Source of the DNA: a virus
Taxonomy: Duplodnaviria; Caudoviricetes
Direction: 5' to 3' (one strand)
DNA: 64,000 nucleotides
IMG/VR virus record: IMGVR_UViG_3300006116_000001
Coordinates: 193-64,192 of that record
The notes under the pieces were generated by a model. The model was not told where the DNA came from, searched no databases, and worked only from the letters and a program-made list of their open reading frames with translations. Of the stretch, positions 26,716-35,947 are shown one piece after another. The position numbers and the translations under genes were made by a program. Numbering within the stretch: position 1 is the stretch's first letter; every line of letters begins with the position of its first letter.

Positions 26716-26894
26716 ATCGCTATCCCGGAACTTGCCGAGATTGCGGCGCGCACGTGCCGCCAAATGGCGGAAACTTTCACGTTATTAAAGGCCGGTCGTT
26801 TGTCCGGTGTCGCGCGTGTATTGACGCCTGCAAAGCGGCCCGTGCGACTGGAAAGGCGGCTAACTATGAAGAGTGGAGGATGAAAAGAGCATGA
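26712..26894 (+). CDS. Small zinc-finger-like protein
   Basis: CRDC...CRAC. Confidence 0.55.
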   Translation: MNRYPGTCRDCGAHVPPNGGNFHVIKGRSFVRCRACIDACKAARATGKAANYEEWRMKRA

Positions 26895-27271
26895 GTGAGC
26901 CGACCGACAAAGAATTAGAAATGATCGATGCTCGCGCTTATTTTCAAAAAGAGGGGCCGGAATTTGCTTTCATTCGCATTCGCCGCGCCCTTTACAACGC
27001 AGGCAAAGAAGCTGGTCGGAGGGAGGCAGAGGCTGAAATCCTGAAGTTGCGCGCTCTGACTTGGATGGCTTGGAAAGAATTTAACGCTATCCGCGCAAGA
27101 TCGGGAGCGCCATTGACGCTAGATGGGATGACAACCGTCGATTACGGTTATTGGTCGGCCATGACTGACGTTTTAGCTAAAGCGGCGGGCTCTACTCTTC
27201 CTTGGCCTACGGAAGAAATGAAACCCGTTATTGACGCCATTCACGCCCCGCCATCTGAAGGAGAGAAGTGA
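26891..27271 (+). CDS. Hypothetical protein (modular array)
   Basis: ATGA-coupled; YNAGKEAGRR module. Confidence 0.6.
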   Translation: MSEPTDKELEMIDARAYFQKEGPEFAFIRIRRALYNAGKEAGRREAEAEILKLRALTWMAWKEFNAIRARSGAPLTLDGMTTVDYGYWSAMTDVLAKAAGSTLPWPTEEMKPVIDAIHAPPSEGEK

Positions 27272-27654
27272 TGTCTGAAAACACATGGCCCGCAGATGAG
27301 GCTTTAAAAAGAGCGTGGGCTGCCTATTGGGAAAGCAAGGATTGGAAGACCACCTACCGTTCAATTCCTGCTTGTATTTTCAAACGCGATATGTGCGCCG
27401 CCCTCCTCGCCGCCCAGTCGCCACCCCCTCAACCGCAGGAGAGCGCGGAGATTGAGGCGGCGAAGTTGAGAGCGATTTTGGGAAGATTAGTCAAAACCGC
27501 GCACTTGCTTCTTGAAAGCAGTATGGGATGCGCCGTCAATCACTATGCAGAGGATTTCGATCTCCATGGCACTCCGGGTTGGTTAAGCGACGCTGAAGTT
27601 GACATCATTCGAGCCCGCGCCGCCCTCGCAGCTTATGAGGTTAGGAAGGGATGA
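27268..27654 (+). CDS. Hypothetical protein (modular array)
   Basis: WPADE and ALLAAQ modules. Confidence 0.6.
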   Translation: MMSENTWPADEALKRAWAAYWESKDWKTTYRSIPACIFKRDMCAALLAAQSPPPQPQESAEIEAAKLRAILGRLVKTAHLLLESSMGCAVNHYAEDFDLHGTPGWLSDAEVDIIRARAALAAYEVRKG

Positions 27655-27986
27655 GTGAAGAATCAACGCAAGAGCCGGTGGCGTGGTGTGTTAGAGATTA
27701 CGGCGACGGGTGGATCATCTACCGCAGCGAAGAGGAGGCGCGTCGCTACGCTAGCGAGACGGGCGCGCTAATGAAGCCCCTCTACACCCACCCCGCCCCA
27801 AGGCGCGAGGTGACGGTGGAGGAGGTGGCGCGGTTGAGGGAAGCGTTGCGCGATGCGGAGAAAGCGATGACTTGCGGAGCGGACGACGACGATAGTTGTC
27901 ACTATTGCCCAAATTGCGACACTACTTCACGCGCCGCTCGAAACAAGGTTCGCAAAGCCCTCGCTGAGACTGGGGGTGAGGTATGA
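27651..27986 (+). CDS. Hypothetical protein with EPVAW...PLYTHP module and CxxC
   Basis: QEPVAW...KPLYTHP (P22 Eaa/Ead-like module), CHYCPNC. Confidence 0.6.
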   Translation: MSEESTQEPVAWCVRDYGDGWIIYRSEEEARRYASETGALMKPLYTHPAPRREVTVEEVARLREALRDAEKAMTCGADDDDSCHYCPNCDTTSRAARNKVRKALAETGGEV

Positions 27987-28210
27987 CCAACGCCGATTTA
28001 ATCAAAGAGGCTCGCGTGAGAATAGCAGCGCCCGCACACAGCACCACCGACACCAACCTAATCACCCGCCTCGCCGACGCCCTAGAGCGCGCTGAGAGCC
28101 GCCTATATTGGCGCGACGGAAACCAAGGAGTGACGCACTACGAAGGGTGCTGGCGTGATCACTACGGATGCGCGATGGCTAAGATTGAGGCGATGGGGTC
28201 CTCAACATGA
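27983..28210 (+). CDS. Hypothetical protein
   Basis: ATGA-coupled ORF. Confidence 0.55.
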   Translation: MTNADLIKEARVRIAAPAHSTTDTNLITRLADALERAESRLYWRDGNQGVTHYEGCWRDHYGCAMAKIEAMGSST

Positions 28211-28545
28211 AAGTCCTCGTCTGCGGCGGTCGCGCCTATTACAACCAAGCCCGCGTGAATGAAGTGTTGGGCGCGCTGCCCGAGGGAACGGTAATCATTC
28301 AGGGCGGCGCTAAAGGCGCTGATGAGTGCGCGCGACGCTGGGCAAATGAACATTCCGTCGGATGCGAAACCTATCACGCGGACTGGAAAAAATACGGAAA
28401 AGCCGCCGGACCAATTCGCAATCGAAAAATGTTGGATTTGGGTAATCCCGACCTAGTCATTGCATTCCCCGGAGGGAATGGAACGCAAAACATGGTTGCC
28501 TTAGCAAGGCAAAATTACATTGAAGTAAAGGAAATTGAACCATGA
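28207..28545 (+). CDS. DUF2493/YspA-like SLOG-family protein
   Basis: VLVCGGR, IIQGGAKGAD, ADWKKYGKAAGPIRNRKML, VIAFPGGNGT. Confidence 0.85.
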   Translation: MKVLVCGGRAYYNQARVNEVLGALPEGTVIIQGGAKGADECARRWANEHSVGCETYHADWKKYGKAAGPIRNRKMLDLGNPDLVIAFPGGNGTQNMVALARQNYIEVKEIEP

Positions 28546-28907
28546 CCCCCATCCTCCTAGCCCTACTCCTGACCTCGCAGGACTATCACGCGACGTTGCC
28601 GGCTGAATTGCTGCACTTGGGGCCAAAAGATGCAGACACGCGCGTTCACGAAACGCATTTTATTGGCGAATGTTGCGAAACCCGGTCAATTAATGACTGG
28701 AAAGGCGCTTATGTTCTTTATAGCGACAAGCCGTTGCCCGACAAATTCGGCGGCGATGGCCCGCTTCGATCTCTTTTCAAGTCGCAATGGTATTGGTGCC
28801 ATCAAGCCGAAATCCTAGTCGGCTCTATGACCTATGAGCTTCACGCCACGGACGGCGTGTTGACGTGCAAGGATGGGGAAGTGGTGAAGGTGGAGCGGAA
28901 GCCGTGA
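28542..28907 (+). CDS. Hypothetical, possibly exported protein
   Basis: Short hydrophobic N-terminus MTPILLALLLTS; several Cys. Confidence 0.5.
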   Translation: MTPILLALLLTSQDYHATLPAELLHLGPKDADTRVHETHFIGECCETRSINDWKGAYVLYSDKPLPDKFGGDGPLRSLFKSQWYWCHQAEILVGSMTYELHATDGVLTCKDGEVVKVERKP

Positions 28908-29044
28908 AAATCCTCCTAACCGGCTCAAAACCCGCGCCCCAAGGCCCCTGCGTCATGAACGGCGAACGCCGCCGGCAGGCCTGCGTTGGCGGGGCGTGGG
29001 AGGCGTGCCGCTGGTGTCATGCAACACAAAAGGTTGAGCGATGA
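28904..29044 (+). CDS. Small Cys-rich protein (46 aa)
   Basis: GTGA-coupled; C...C...CRWC. Confidence 0.4.
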   Translation: MKILLTGSKPAPQGPCVMNGERRRQACVGGAWEACRWCHATQKVER

Positions 29045-29196
29045 TCCTCTTTCTGCCGTTGATCCTATTCGCAGCGCTGTTCATCGGGCTGTTGATCTTG
29101 TTCAAACTGGTCTACTGGACCTGCCGGCTTGTTTGCGCCTTTTTTGAGCTTGGGCAGCTGTTAACTGAAAAACTATTTTATGGGAGCGACGCGTGA
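29041..29196 (+). CDS. Small membrane protein (51 aa)
   Basis: MILFLPLILFAALFIGLLILFKLVYW. Confidence 0.5.
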   Translation: MILFLPLILFAALFIGLLILFKLVYWTCRLVCAFFELGQLLTEKLFYGSDA

Positions 29197-29293
29197 CTCG
29201 CAAAGAGGCTTCATTATTTATGATAGGTCTTGCCTTGGGCTTTGGGGCAGGGTTCTTTTTATACGCAGTCTTCTATTCATGGGAGATCGTCGG

Positions 29294-29488
29294 GTGAGCT
29301 ACGTCGTGGTGAGCACGCACGCAGGCTCATGGTCCGTGCGCAACCTGCAATCGGGCCGTGACGTGATCGTCACGCCCGACCGCGCCAAGGCCGAGAGCGA
29401 CGCCAAGAGGCTCAACGCCTATGTACGCAACCGGGCGATTGAAAACAAAAAAGGCCCGGAAGCGCGAGCCTCCGGGCCTCATGGCTGA
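29294..29488 (+). CDS. Hypothetical protein (last early gene)
   Basis: GGAG RBS before GTG at 29294, in frame with track ORF 29180. Confidence 0.45.
   Translation: MSYVVVSTHAGSWSVRNLQSGRDVIVTPDRAKAESDAKRLNAYVRNRAIENKKGPEARASGPHG
29452..29479 (-). terminator. Intrinsic terminator at the convergence of early and late transcription
   Basis: AGGCCCGGA/TCCGGGCCT stem; A tract on + gives a U tract on the - strand. Confidence 0.75.
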
Positions 29489-29509
29489 TCTTGATGCAGG
29501 TGGAGAGGG

Positions 29510-29785
29510 CTAGCCTCGACAAGCGTCGATGAGCTTTTCCAGCAGTGAAAGCCGCACGTCGCGCAAGCCCCACCCCTCTTCCAACAATCGCGCACGTTCG
29601 ACGGCGTTGGGCGCGGCTAAAAGGACCGCGGGCGTGTCAGGGTAAGCTGCGGGCGGCGGAAGGTCTTTTGGCACGCACGAGACCGGCAACGGGACGTTGA
29701 CGGTCTGGATCCTGATCGGCGGATCTTGGACCGTGGCGCATGCGCCGAGCGCCAAGCACCCCAAAATGGGGATGATCAACCTCAT
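29510..29785 (-). CDS. Rz1: Outer-membrane spanin (lipoprotein)
   Basis: Lipobox LALGA-C, Pro-rich, last gene of the lysis cassette. Confidence 0.85.
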   Translation of the reverse strand: MRLIIPILGCLALGACATVQDPPIRIQTVNVPLPVSCVPKDLPPPAAYPDTPAVLLAAPNAVERARLLEEGWGLRDVRLSLLEKLIDACRG

Positions 29786-30243
29786 GGCCGCGCTCCTTTC
29801 AGGTAGGCAACAAGGGCCGCGTCAGAGGCTTGAAGCGCCTGACAGTCGTCGCCCGGCGGGACATCGGGCAGGGCCTTGATGGCTTGCCTTAGATCCATGG
29901 CCCGTTGTTGGGCCTGCACATGGCCAGCGACGGCCTTTTCAGCCTTAGCTTGAGCGTCGGCCCCGGCGGAAGAAAGAGCCGCCAGGCGAGCGTTCTGCTG
30001 GGCCAAAGCGTCCATCAGCGTGCGTTGAGCCGCCTCTGCCTTAAGCTGCTTGGCGAGCACGATGTCGCGTTGAGCGGCGAGCGAGGGCGGCAGGTCGTAG
30101 CGCCAGAAAAGAAAATGAACATGGCCCCAGGACGGTTCGCCCTGGGGCCGATGGTCATACCAATAAACGCCCCAACCGCCAAGGATGGCGAGCCAGAACA
30201 CGCCAATGAAGCCTACGACGAATGAGAGCGACTTGACAAACAT
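29782..30243 (-). CDS. Rz: Inner-membrane spanin
   Basis: N-terminal TM helix then Ala/Gln coiled coil; ATG at 30243; precedes the lipoprotein. Confidence 0.75.
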   Translation of the reverse strand: MFVKSLSFVVGFIGVFWLAILGGWGVYWYDHRPQGEPSWGHVHFLFWRYDLPPSLAAQRDIVLAKQLKAEAAQRTLMDALAQQNARLAALSSAGADAQAKAEKAVAGHVQAQQRAMDLRQAIKALPDVPPGDDCQALQASDAALVAYLKGARP

Positions 30244-30247
30244 GATT

Positions 30248-30514
30248 TTACGCCGCCGGGGCTGGTTCTTCAGCCGGAGGCGCGGGGTAGGCGGCGGTGA
30301 GGGCATTGGTCACAACCTCAATACGCGAGGTCAACGACTCAACGGCCGAAGTGTCGCTGGCGGCGACCGCGCGAGCGTGAACCGCCTCAAGGGCGGTGAC
30401 TGCCGCCGTGAGGTCATCAATAGCCTTAGACATAATTTTATTCTCCTCAGTTAACCGAGCCACGTGATTGTGGAGGGCGGCGAGTTCTGCGTTGACGCGT
30501 TCGAGTTCTGTCAT
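30248..30514 (-). CDS. Coiled-coil hypothetical protein in the lysis cassette
   Basis: MTELERVNAEL...; second in-frame start with GAGGAG RBS at 30433. Confidence 0.55.
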   Translation of the reverse strand: MTELERVNAELAALHNHVARLTEENKIMSKAIDDLTAAVTALEAVHARAVAASDTSAVESLTSRIEVVTNALTAAYPAPPAEEPAPAA

Positions 30515-30607
30515 GGCGTTAAAGTCCCCGTCGCCCAAACCGGGGGACGTTGGTGAGGCGACGGGGACCCTGTCCTAGCGGCCCGAGCAGCCAGGACGCC
30601 GGACTCC

Positions 30608-30865
30608 TTAGGCCGCCTTCGGGACCAGCGCCTTGAGCGCCACGGCAAGAATGCCTTGGAGCGTCGAGCTGAGGCTGGTCTTGGTCAGGTCAGCGATGAT
30701 GGCCGTCACGGCCCAGGACCAAAACGCCTCCACGCCCGGAATGAGCGAAAAGTTGTGGGCGTCCTTGGCCAGGTCAGCCGCGATGGTGTTGAGGAACTGC
30801 TCGGGCGAGATCTTGCCCGACTCAAGGTCCTTGACGGTGTCGATGATTTGTGAAACGTCGCTCAT
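30608..30865 (-). CDS. Hypothetical protein in the lysis cassette
   Basis: ATG at 30865 with GAGAG RBS; only this 3' part of track ORF 30608..31456 looks coding. Confidence 0.6.
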   Translation of the reverse strand: MSDVSQIIDTVKDLESGKISPEQFLNTIAADLAKDAHNFSLIPGVEAFWSWAVTAIIADLTKTSLSSTLQGILAVALKALVPKAA

Positions 30866-30942
30866 GGTTGCTGCTCTCGTGTTCAATTGATCGCTGGAGG
30901 GCGCGATCGACCCTACCGGCGGTGCCGGATCTTTGAATAGGT

Positions 30943-31395
30943 CTAGCTGGCCCAAACCCTGATCGAGGTCAGCATTTGTTGCGCTTCGCGCGCCGCTCGC
31001 TTGGGCGTCTGTTTGCGGAACCAATCGCTGTCCAACATCTGGTCGTGGGCCGCCTGCCAATCCTTGGCCTGCATCGCTGCTAGCGCCTTCGGAAAGTCTG
31101 CTAGGCCGTGAATGCCCATCTGGAAAACCATCTGAACCAGAACGTCCTGCCGTTCGTCCGACAACTCCGTCCACCAGGGGTAGTGGACGTTCAGCGCTTG
31201 CGTCGCGTGGTTGATGTCCGAGGCTAAGGCGGCGTTGATCTGGTCGTCCGACCAGACGAGCCCAGGACCAACCTCCGGGCCAGTGTGCCCGACGCCAATG
31301 GTCCAGGGCTCGCCACCAGTCAAGGGGTCGGGGTAGGAACGGCACTCGCGGTTCTCCTCGCACTCGATGTCGTGGGCCAGAAAAGGCGTCGTCAT
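30943..31395 (-). CDS. Endolysin, T4-lysozyme-like (GH24)
   Basis: IECEE...YPDPLTGGEPWTIGVGH (E-x8-D-x-T); VQMVFQMG; MLDSDW...QTPKRA. Confidence 0.9.
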   Translation of the reverse strand: MTTPFLAHDIECEENRECRSYPDPLTGGEPWTIGVGHTGPEVGPGLVWSDDQINAALASDINHATQALNVHYPWWTELSDERQDVLVQMVFQMGIHGLADFPKALAAMQAKDWQAAHDQMLDSDWFRKQTPKRAAREAQQMLTSIRVWAS

Positions 31396-31703
31396 GGCTT
31401 AGCGTTCGCGTTGAGAGGGGTCGAGGGCGAAGGGAGGGCTGCGGCGATAACAGCATCCTTATTCGCGGACGAACGGTTGGAGTTCAGCGAGTTGGCAAGC
31501 CAAAAGCCCGTGACCGCGGCCAGGGCAGCGGTTTCAGCGGAGATGATGGCGCCCAAGATGCCGACCATGACGCTCTCGACCGTGACCTTCATGATCAGCA
31601 GGCCAAAGATGCCGCCGACGGTGAGGTTCCACGTGCCCATCAGCGCGTAGGAGATCAGGGCGACCGCGGACGTCGGCGCGGCGTCGGAAACGTTTTCAGC
31701 CAT
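31392..31703 (-). CDS. Holin
   Basis: Two or three TM segments, charged tail, directly before the endolysin. Confidence 0.7.
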   Translation of the reverse strand: MAENVSDAAPTSAVALISYALMGTWNLTVGGIFGLLIMKVTVESVMVGILGAIISAETAALAAVTGFWLANSLNSNRSSANKDAVIAAALPSPSTPLNANAKP

Positions 31704-32175
31704 CGGCCTTTTTCCTTGGTTGAGAGGGCTTGGTTGTTATGCCGTGGGCGGCAAGAAGCTGCTCCAGGGCGTCGATTCGTTTGTTGAGGCGCGCGTTCTC
31801 TTCCGCCAGGACCTTTTCGCTCTGCCGACACTCGGCGTGCTCTTTTTTGAGCGCAGCGACCTCAGAGTTTAGAGTTCGGACCTGTTGGAAGTAATTCTCG
31901 GCTCGCTCGTTGGCTGTTTCGGCCTTGTCTCGCGCCTCCTTGATCTCCGCGCGCAACTCGTGAAGAAGCTCCTTGCTGGCCTCGGAGATCGAGCTTTGAA
32001 GGTCCGCAAGCGAGGCATTCATTTTTGAAGGCGCGTTGAGGCGGTCGGAGTCGTTCTTGGCTTTGTTTTTCGAGGCTGTCACGTAGATGGTCGTTACGGC
32101 AGCAATCACCCCTCCCACCGCGCTAGCGCCGCTGAGCCTGCCTAATTCTTGCAGGAGTTCTTGACTAGGTAGCAT
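31696..32175 (-). CDS. Membrane-anchored coiled-coil protein (lysis cassette, first gene)
   Basis: Hydrophobic helix SAVGGVIAAVTTIYVTA then a long coiled coil. Confidence 0.6.
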   Translation of the reverse strand: MLPSQELLQELGRLSGASAVGGVIAAVTTIYVTASKNKAKNDSDRLNAPSKMNASLADLQSSISEASKELLHELRAEIKEARDKAETANERAENYFQQVRTLNSEVAALKKEHAECRQSEKVLAEENARLNKRIDALEQLLAAHGITTKPSQPRKKADG

Positions 32176-32321
32176 GGTCGATGGTCCTTGGGGCAGGGTT
32201 GGTTGTCAAATGGCCGTTGTGCGCTGATTTTGAGACGGGGGAGGCGGCCATTAATATTTAATCCATTTAAGCGTTAAACCGCCGCGCATTCAAACTGAAG
32301 CACGTCACTGTTGGCGGGGCG

Positions 32322-34154
32322 TTAATACGCATCGCACATATGAAGGATGACATCCGACGCTGTAGGCGTTCCACTCCACGTCAAGGTGACGCTTGTTGCT
32401 GTAGAGCCCGTTACTTTCGCGGTATTGGTTGACGTCGTTATATCATCAGCTTTGCAATACCATCCATTAGCCGCTGCGGAGAACGTCAGCGTCTCTGTGG
32501 TCCCGGTGGGAGACACGCCGACCACGGCTTTAAACACGTGAGAGCCGCCTCCTGTGATTGTCGGAAACGTACCTATAGCTTGCCCCGAAGTTATGGCGGG
32601 GGTGCTTGAGTAGTTTCTGTAGACGTTTTCGACGTTTATTTCGCCGACAGATGAAGAGGATACCGGCTCTACGGTCTTAGCGCCGGATCCGATAAAAACG
32701 GCTCCAGATCCTGTAAAAGTTGTTTGAAGTATGCCATGTCCAAAAACTGAATTGTTAGCTGCTGTGGTGGCCACATAAAGCGACCGGGCGCCGACGACGG
32801 TATTGTTTCCCGATCCGGTTGACAGTCCGTTTCCGGCCCAGAAGCCGACGACTACGTCATCGGATTGCGTCGTCATGTTTGGAGCGGCAATTCCTCCGAC
32901 AATGGTATTTGTAGACCCCGTTGTAACTGCCGTCCCTGCGTTAATTCCCATATAAACATCATACTGCCCAGTAGTTGTTGCATATCCCGCTCCGGTTCCA
33001 GTTGCTGTGTCTCCAAAACCATTTTGAACGGAATTTAATGCATTGAAACCTATGGCAGTTATAGAGTTCCCGCCGATAGTGCTGCATGCGCTATCGCCAA
33101 TACACGTTGCATTTTGAATTAATGAAGCAGTCGGATAAGCAGCAGCAAACGCTCCCACAATCGTGCCGCCTTGAAATTGAGTTCCGTTTATCAAAGCCGC
33201 AGAAAGTGTATTAGAGCCGCCCGTTCCTTGCGCGGTGCTTGCCGAAGGTGTCAATTGCCAGCCGACAGATTGCGTCCCTGGCCAAGCCAATTGCAAAAGA
33301 TAACCTGACGATTGAAGGTTAATCGCGCCGCACGAAACTTGATAAGACGGGCCTTGAATTTGTTTGCTATTCAAATTTGAGCAGAGAGTGTTTGCTATTG
33401 AAGCAAGGGTATCGCCACCTTGCACTGTGTAGGTGTAAGAATAGGGAAGGTTCGTGACAATTGTAGATCCGCCATTAGTCAAACCTAAAGTTACCGTGTT
33501 ACCGGCCGTAATTGTTCCAGTCAAAAGAACGGCGCTGGAATAACCTTGTCCGGCCGTTTGACCAATAAAAATCCCGCGACTGTTATTGCCGTGCGCTCCA
33601 GCGCCTTGGCCAACGGCTGTTACAGACCCCCCATTTGTGATCGCATCTCGAAGTGCGTCATTCCCGATAGCCACGTTGTTGTTTGCTACGGTTTCCGATC
33701 CAAGAGCGTGCATACCAAACGCAGTGTCCAGGGATCCTGTCGTCAAAAATTGACAACTTAAAGCGCCTGTACAAGTTGTTTCCGCTCCGAGAGCCGTATA
33801 GTTTGCAAGCGAATAAGATCCAATGCCGATACTTGGAAATTGATCCGTTCCCGAAGTTGGAAATTTTGAGCCTGATCCGATACCCCAAAACTGAGACGAA
33901 ACGTTGATCGCGGGCGAACCATAAGTTTGAGACGTCAGCGGTCCTGAAAAAATTGGCGCCGATCCAGCAACAACAGTCGGCCCGGTCAAAGTGCCGGTGA
34001 ACGTGGGATTGTTGGCCATAATGCCGCCGCCGGCTTTGACGATGGCCTGGGCGTTTTGAGTATAGGTCTGGCCCAGGGCCGCGGCTCCCAGGTTCAGGAA
34101 CACCGCCAACAGCATGAGAGATCTTCTAAGCACTGGCGGTGTCCTTTTTATCAT
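32322..34154 (-). CDS. Fibre/adhesin-like protein with signal peptide (SP-fibre 3); likely true start GTG at 34133
   Basis: MLRRSLMLLAVFLNLGAAALG|Q; YadA-head-like 14-aa repeats; 8 Cys in the mature part. Confidence 0.7.
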   Translation of the reverse strand: MIKRTPPVLRRSLMLLAVFLNLGAAALGQTYTQNAQAIVKAGGGIMANNPTFTGTLTGPTVVAGSAPIFSGPLTSQTYGSPAINVSSQFWGIGSGSKFPTSGTDQFPSIGIGSYSLANYTALGAETTCTGALSCQFLTTGSLDTAFGMHALGSETVANNNVAIGNDALRDAITNGGSVTAVGQGAGAHGNNSRGIFIGQTAGQGYSSAVLLTGTITAGNTVTLGLTNGGSTIVTNLPYSYTYTVQGGDTLASIANTLCSNLNSKQIQGPSYQVSCGAINLQSSGYLLQLAWPGTQSVGWQLTPSASTAQGTGGSNTLSAALINGTQFQGGTIVGAFAAAYPTASLIQNATCIGDSACSTIGGNSITAIGFNALNSVQNGFGDTATGTGAGYATTTGQYDVYMGINAGTAVTTGSTNTIVGGIAAPNMTTQSDDVVVGFWAGNGLSTGSGNNTVVGARSLYVATTAANNSVFGHGILQTTFTGSGAVFIGSGAKTVEPVSSSSVGEINVENVYRNYSSTPAITSGQAIGTFPTITGGGSHVFKAVVGVSPTGTTETLTFSAAANGWYCKADDITTSTNTAKVTGSTATSVTLTWSGTPTASDVILHMCDAY

Positions 34155-34386
34155 CCGAGATCATACGCAACCAGGCTTGGTGGCAGTGGTCGGGTTGCTT
34201 GAAGAACGTCAGCGCGCCCCAGTTGACGAGCGCCATGGCGAGAGGCCAAACGCCACCCTTGGGCTGGTTGGCCCAGATGCGCGCGCTAATTGTCCAATGA
34301 GGGTCGCCGCCTATTAAGGCGTTGGCAAACTCGTCTAGCGCGACCAACACTTGCTTAGCCTCGCCGTCTGCGTTGCCGGCGGTCAC
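34126..34386 (-). CDS. Conserved small phage protein
   Basis: ALDEFANALIGGDPHWTISAR...DHC motif, typical of small genes near tail fibres. Confidence 0.6.
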   Translation of the reverse strand: MTAGNADGEAKQVLVALDEFANALIGGDPHWTISARIWANQPKGGVWPLAMALVNWGALTFFKQPDHCHQAWLRMISDDKKDTASA

Positions 34387-34387
34387 G

Positions 34388-34729
34388 TTAGGAGCCCGAC
34401 GACTGTGAGCTAGAGGACGTCGAGGATGCGCTAGAGGCCGACACGATAGTCGCCGGGTCCACCCAAGGCGTCGCTTGCTTCGCGTTGACTTGGCTTTGCA
34501 GTGTCTTCACCGACCCAATGTACGCATACCAGGCGCTCGCAAGGCTTTGCAGGCCGGCGATCGTGTCGGGGTCCTGAGCCTGAGCAACCGCCGTCTGTAG
34601 CAGGCCAACGGCTTGCGCGATGGTGGTTGTGGGGCTTGAGAAGCTGTCGGCGAAGGCTTTAACGAGCGGAAAGTCGTTGGCGGCGGCTCCCTGGATCAGG
34701 GCGAACTCTTGTTGGGCGATGGTGGTCAT
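34388..34729 (-). CDS. Hypothetical protein
   Basis: 113-aa ORF, AGGAG RBS, Ser-rich tail. Confidence 0.65.
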   Translation of the reverse strand: MTTIAQQEFALIQGAAANDFPLVKAFADSFSSPTTTIAQAVGLLQTAVAQAQDPDTIAGLQSLASAWYAYIGSVKTLQSQVNAKQATPWVDPATIVSASSASSTSSSSQSSGS

Positions 34730-34738
34730 GCTGCGCTC

Positions 34739-35947
34739 CTAGTAGGCAAAGGCCGTGTAGACGATCACGTCTGACGCCGCCGTGGTTCCAGTTAAGGTGC
34801 AAGACGTGGTTGAGTTGGCTGATTGCTTTAGCGTGTCGGCAATCGTGGTCTGGTCTTGCGCTTGACAAACCCAGCCGTTTGGAGCCGTGGTTTTGAAGGT
34901 CATGATGACGGTCTGAGCCGTACAGGTCGCAGTGAAAGACCCCGCCGATGCGCCGCCAAGCTGCGAGCCCGTCGTACAGGTTCCGCTAAGCGTTGGTTTC
35001 GTGCCGGCAAGCGTCAGAGATCCATCCGCGCCGCTCATCGTCACGCCGTTGGCTAGCGCGTTCTGTGACGTGCCGGTGGTGCCAGCGGGCGCGTATTGCA
35101 GGACAATAGACCCCCCCGCCCCAGTCCCAGTGCCCTGCGATCCTGCGATAACGAAGTTAGCCCCCGCCGTGTTTGACGTCCCAGCGACAACGCCTTGAAC
35201 GCCAAGGGTTTGGGAGACGGGGGAGGCGGCGTCGGCTGCTCCGAGGTGAAGGGTGGCGGAAGCCGCTGACGTCAGCTTGCCGCCCGTGCCGATGTTGGCG
35301 ACCGCCGCCTGTACCGTCCCACTTTTATCCGCCTGCGTCCCATTGCCGACGTCTACGACCCCTGCGGAGTCGCGGGAGAGGCCGGTGTCGGTAGACCCGG
35401 TTAAATTTGCTGTCGATTGCCAGTTAACAGTCTGACCAGAACTTAAAAGTAAACCAGCGCCATTACCAATAAGTTCAGAGACGCTTTGTCCCGAAGAATT
35501 TAGTAACACTAAAGACCCTGGCGCTCCGTTGCTGCCTATTGTGAGGCCGCTCCCCCCAGGTTTCGACAGCGACATAAACGAAACGCCGCCAACCTGTATA
35601 TCCATTAATTCAGAAGCCGCCCCGCTCGCCGTATTTGTCACATTCATAAACAGCGGCGCATCAAACGTGATTCCGCTATTATTCCACGTCTGCGTAATAT
35701 TCAGAGACTTGTAGTTCGCGGTTTGGCTTCCGCTCGCCACCGTCAACGACGTCCCATCCGTCGTCACCCCGGATGCGCTGGAACACCCCGAAGACCCGTT
35801 GTTATAGACGAGCTGGCCGCTGCTGCCGGAGACGGTGCAGCCGGAGCCGCCGCCAGAGGGCGGGGTCGGGATTTGAGCCTGAACAGCTTGAGGCGCAGGC
35901 AGAAGAAAAGCGAGGGCCGCGACCGCGGCTAGAAGACGTTTGATCAT
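34739..35947 (-). CDS. Fibre-like protein with signal peptide (SP-fibre 2)
   Basis: MIKRLLAAVAALAFLLPAPQAVQA|Q; Gly/Ser/Thr-rich; C-terminal domain paralogous to 32322; 6 Cys. Confidence 0.75.
   Translation of the reverse strand: MIKRLLAAVAALAFLLPAPQAVQAQIPTPPSGGGSGCTVSGSSGQLVYNNGSSGCSSASGVTTDGTSLTVASGSQTANYKSLNITQTWNNSGITFDAPLFMNVTNTASGAASELMDIQVGGVSFMSLSKPGGSGLTIGSNGAPGSLVLLNSSGQSVSELIGNGAGLLLSSGQTVNWQSTANLTGSTDTGLSRDSAGVVDVGNGTQADKSGTVQAAVANIGTGGKLTSAASATLHLGAADAASPVSQTLGVQGVVAGTSNTAGANFVIAGSQGTGTGAGGSIVLQYAPAGTTGTSQNALANGVTMSGADGSLTLAGTKPTLSGTCTTGSQLGGASAGSFTATCTAQTVIMTFKTTAPNGWVCQAQDQTTIADTLKQSANSTTSCTLTGTTAASDVIVYTAFAY

Noticed and set aside
30866-31456. 5' part of the 282-aa track ORF 30608..31456
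   Set aside because: Overlaps the endolysin in another frame with non-protein-like composition; only 30608..30865 retained
33380-33440. LysM domain in SP-fibre 3 (YTVQGGDTLASIA)
   Set aside because: Only the first strand-helix matches; the rest lacks the LysM pattern, and similar motifs occur in phage structural inserts
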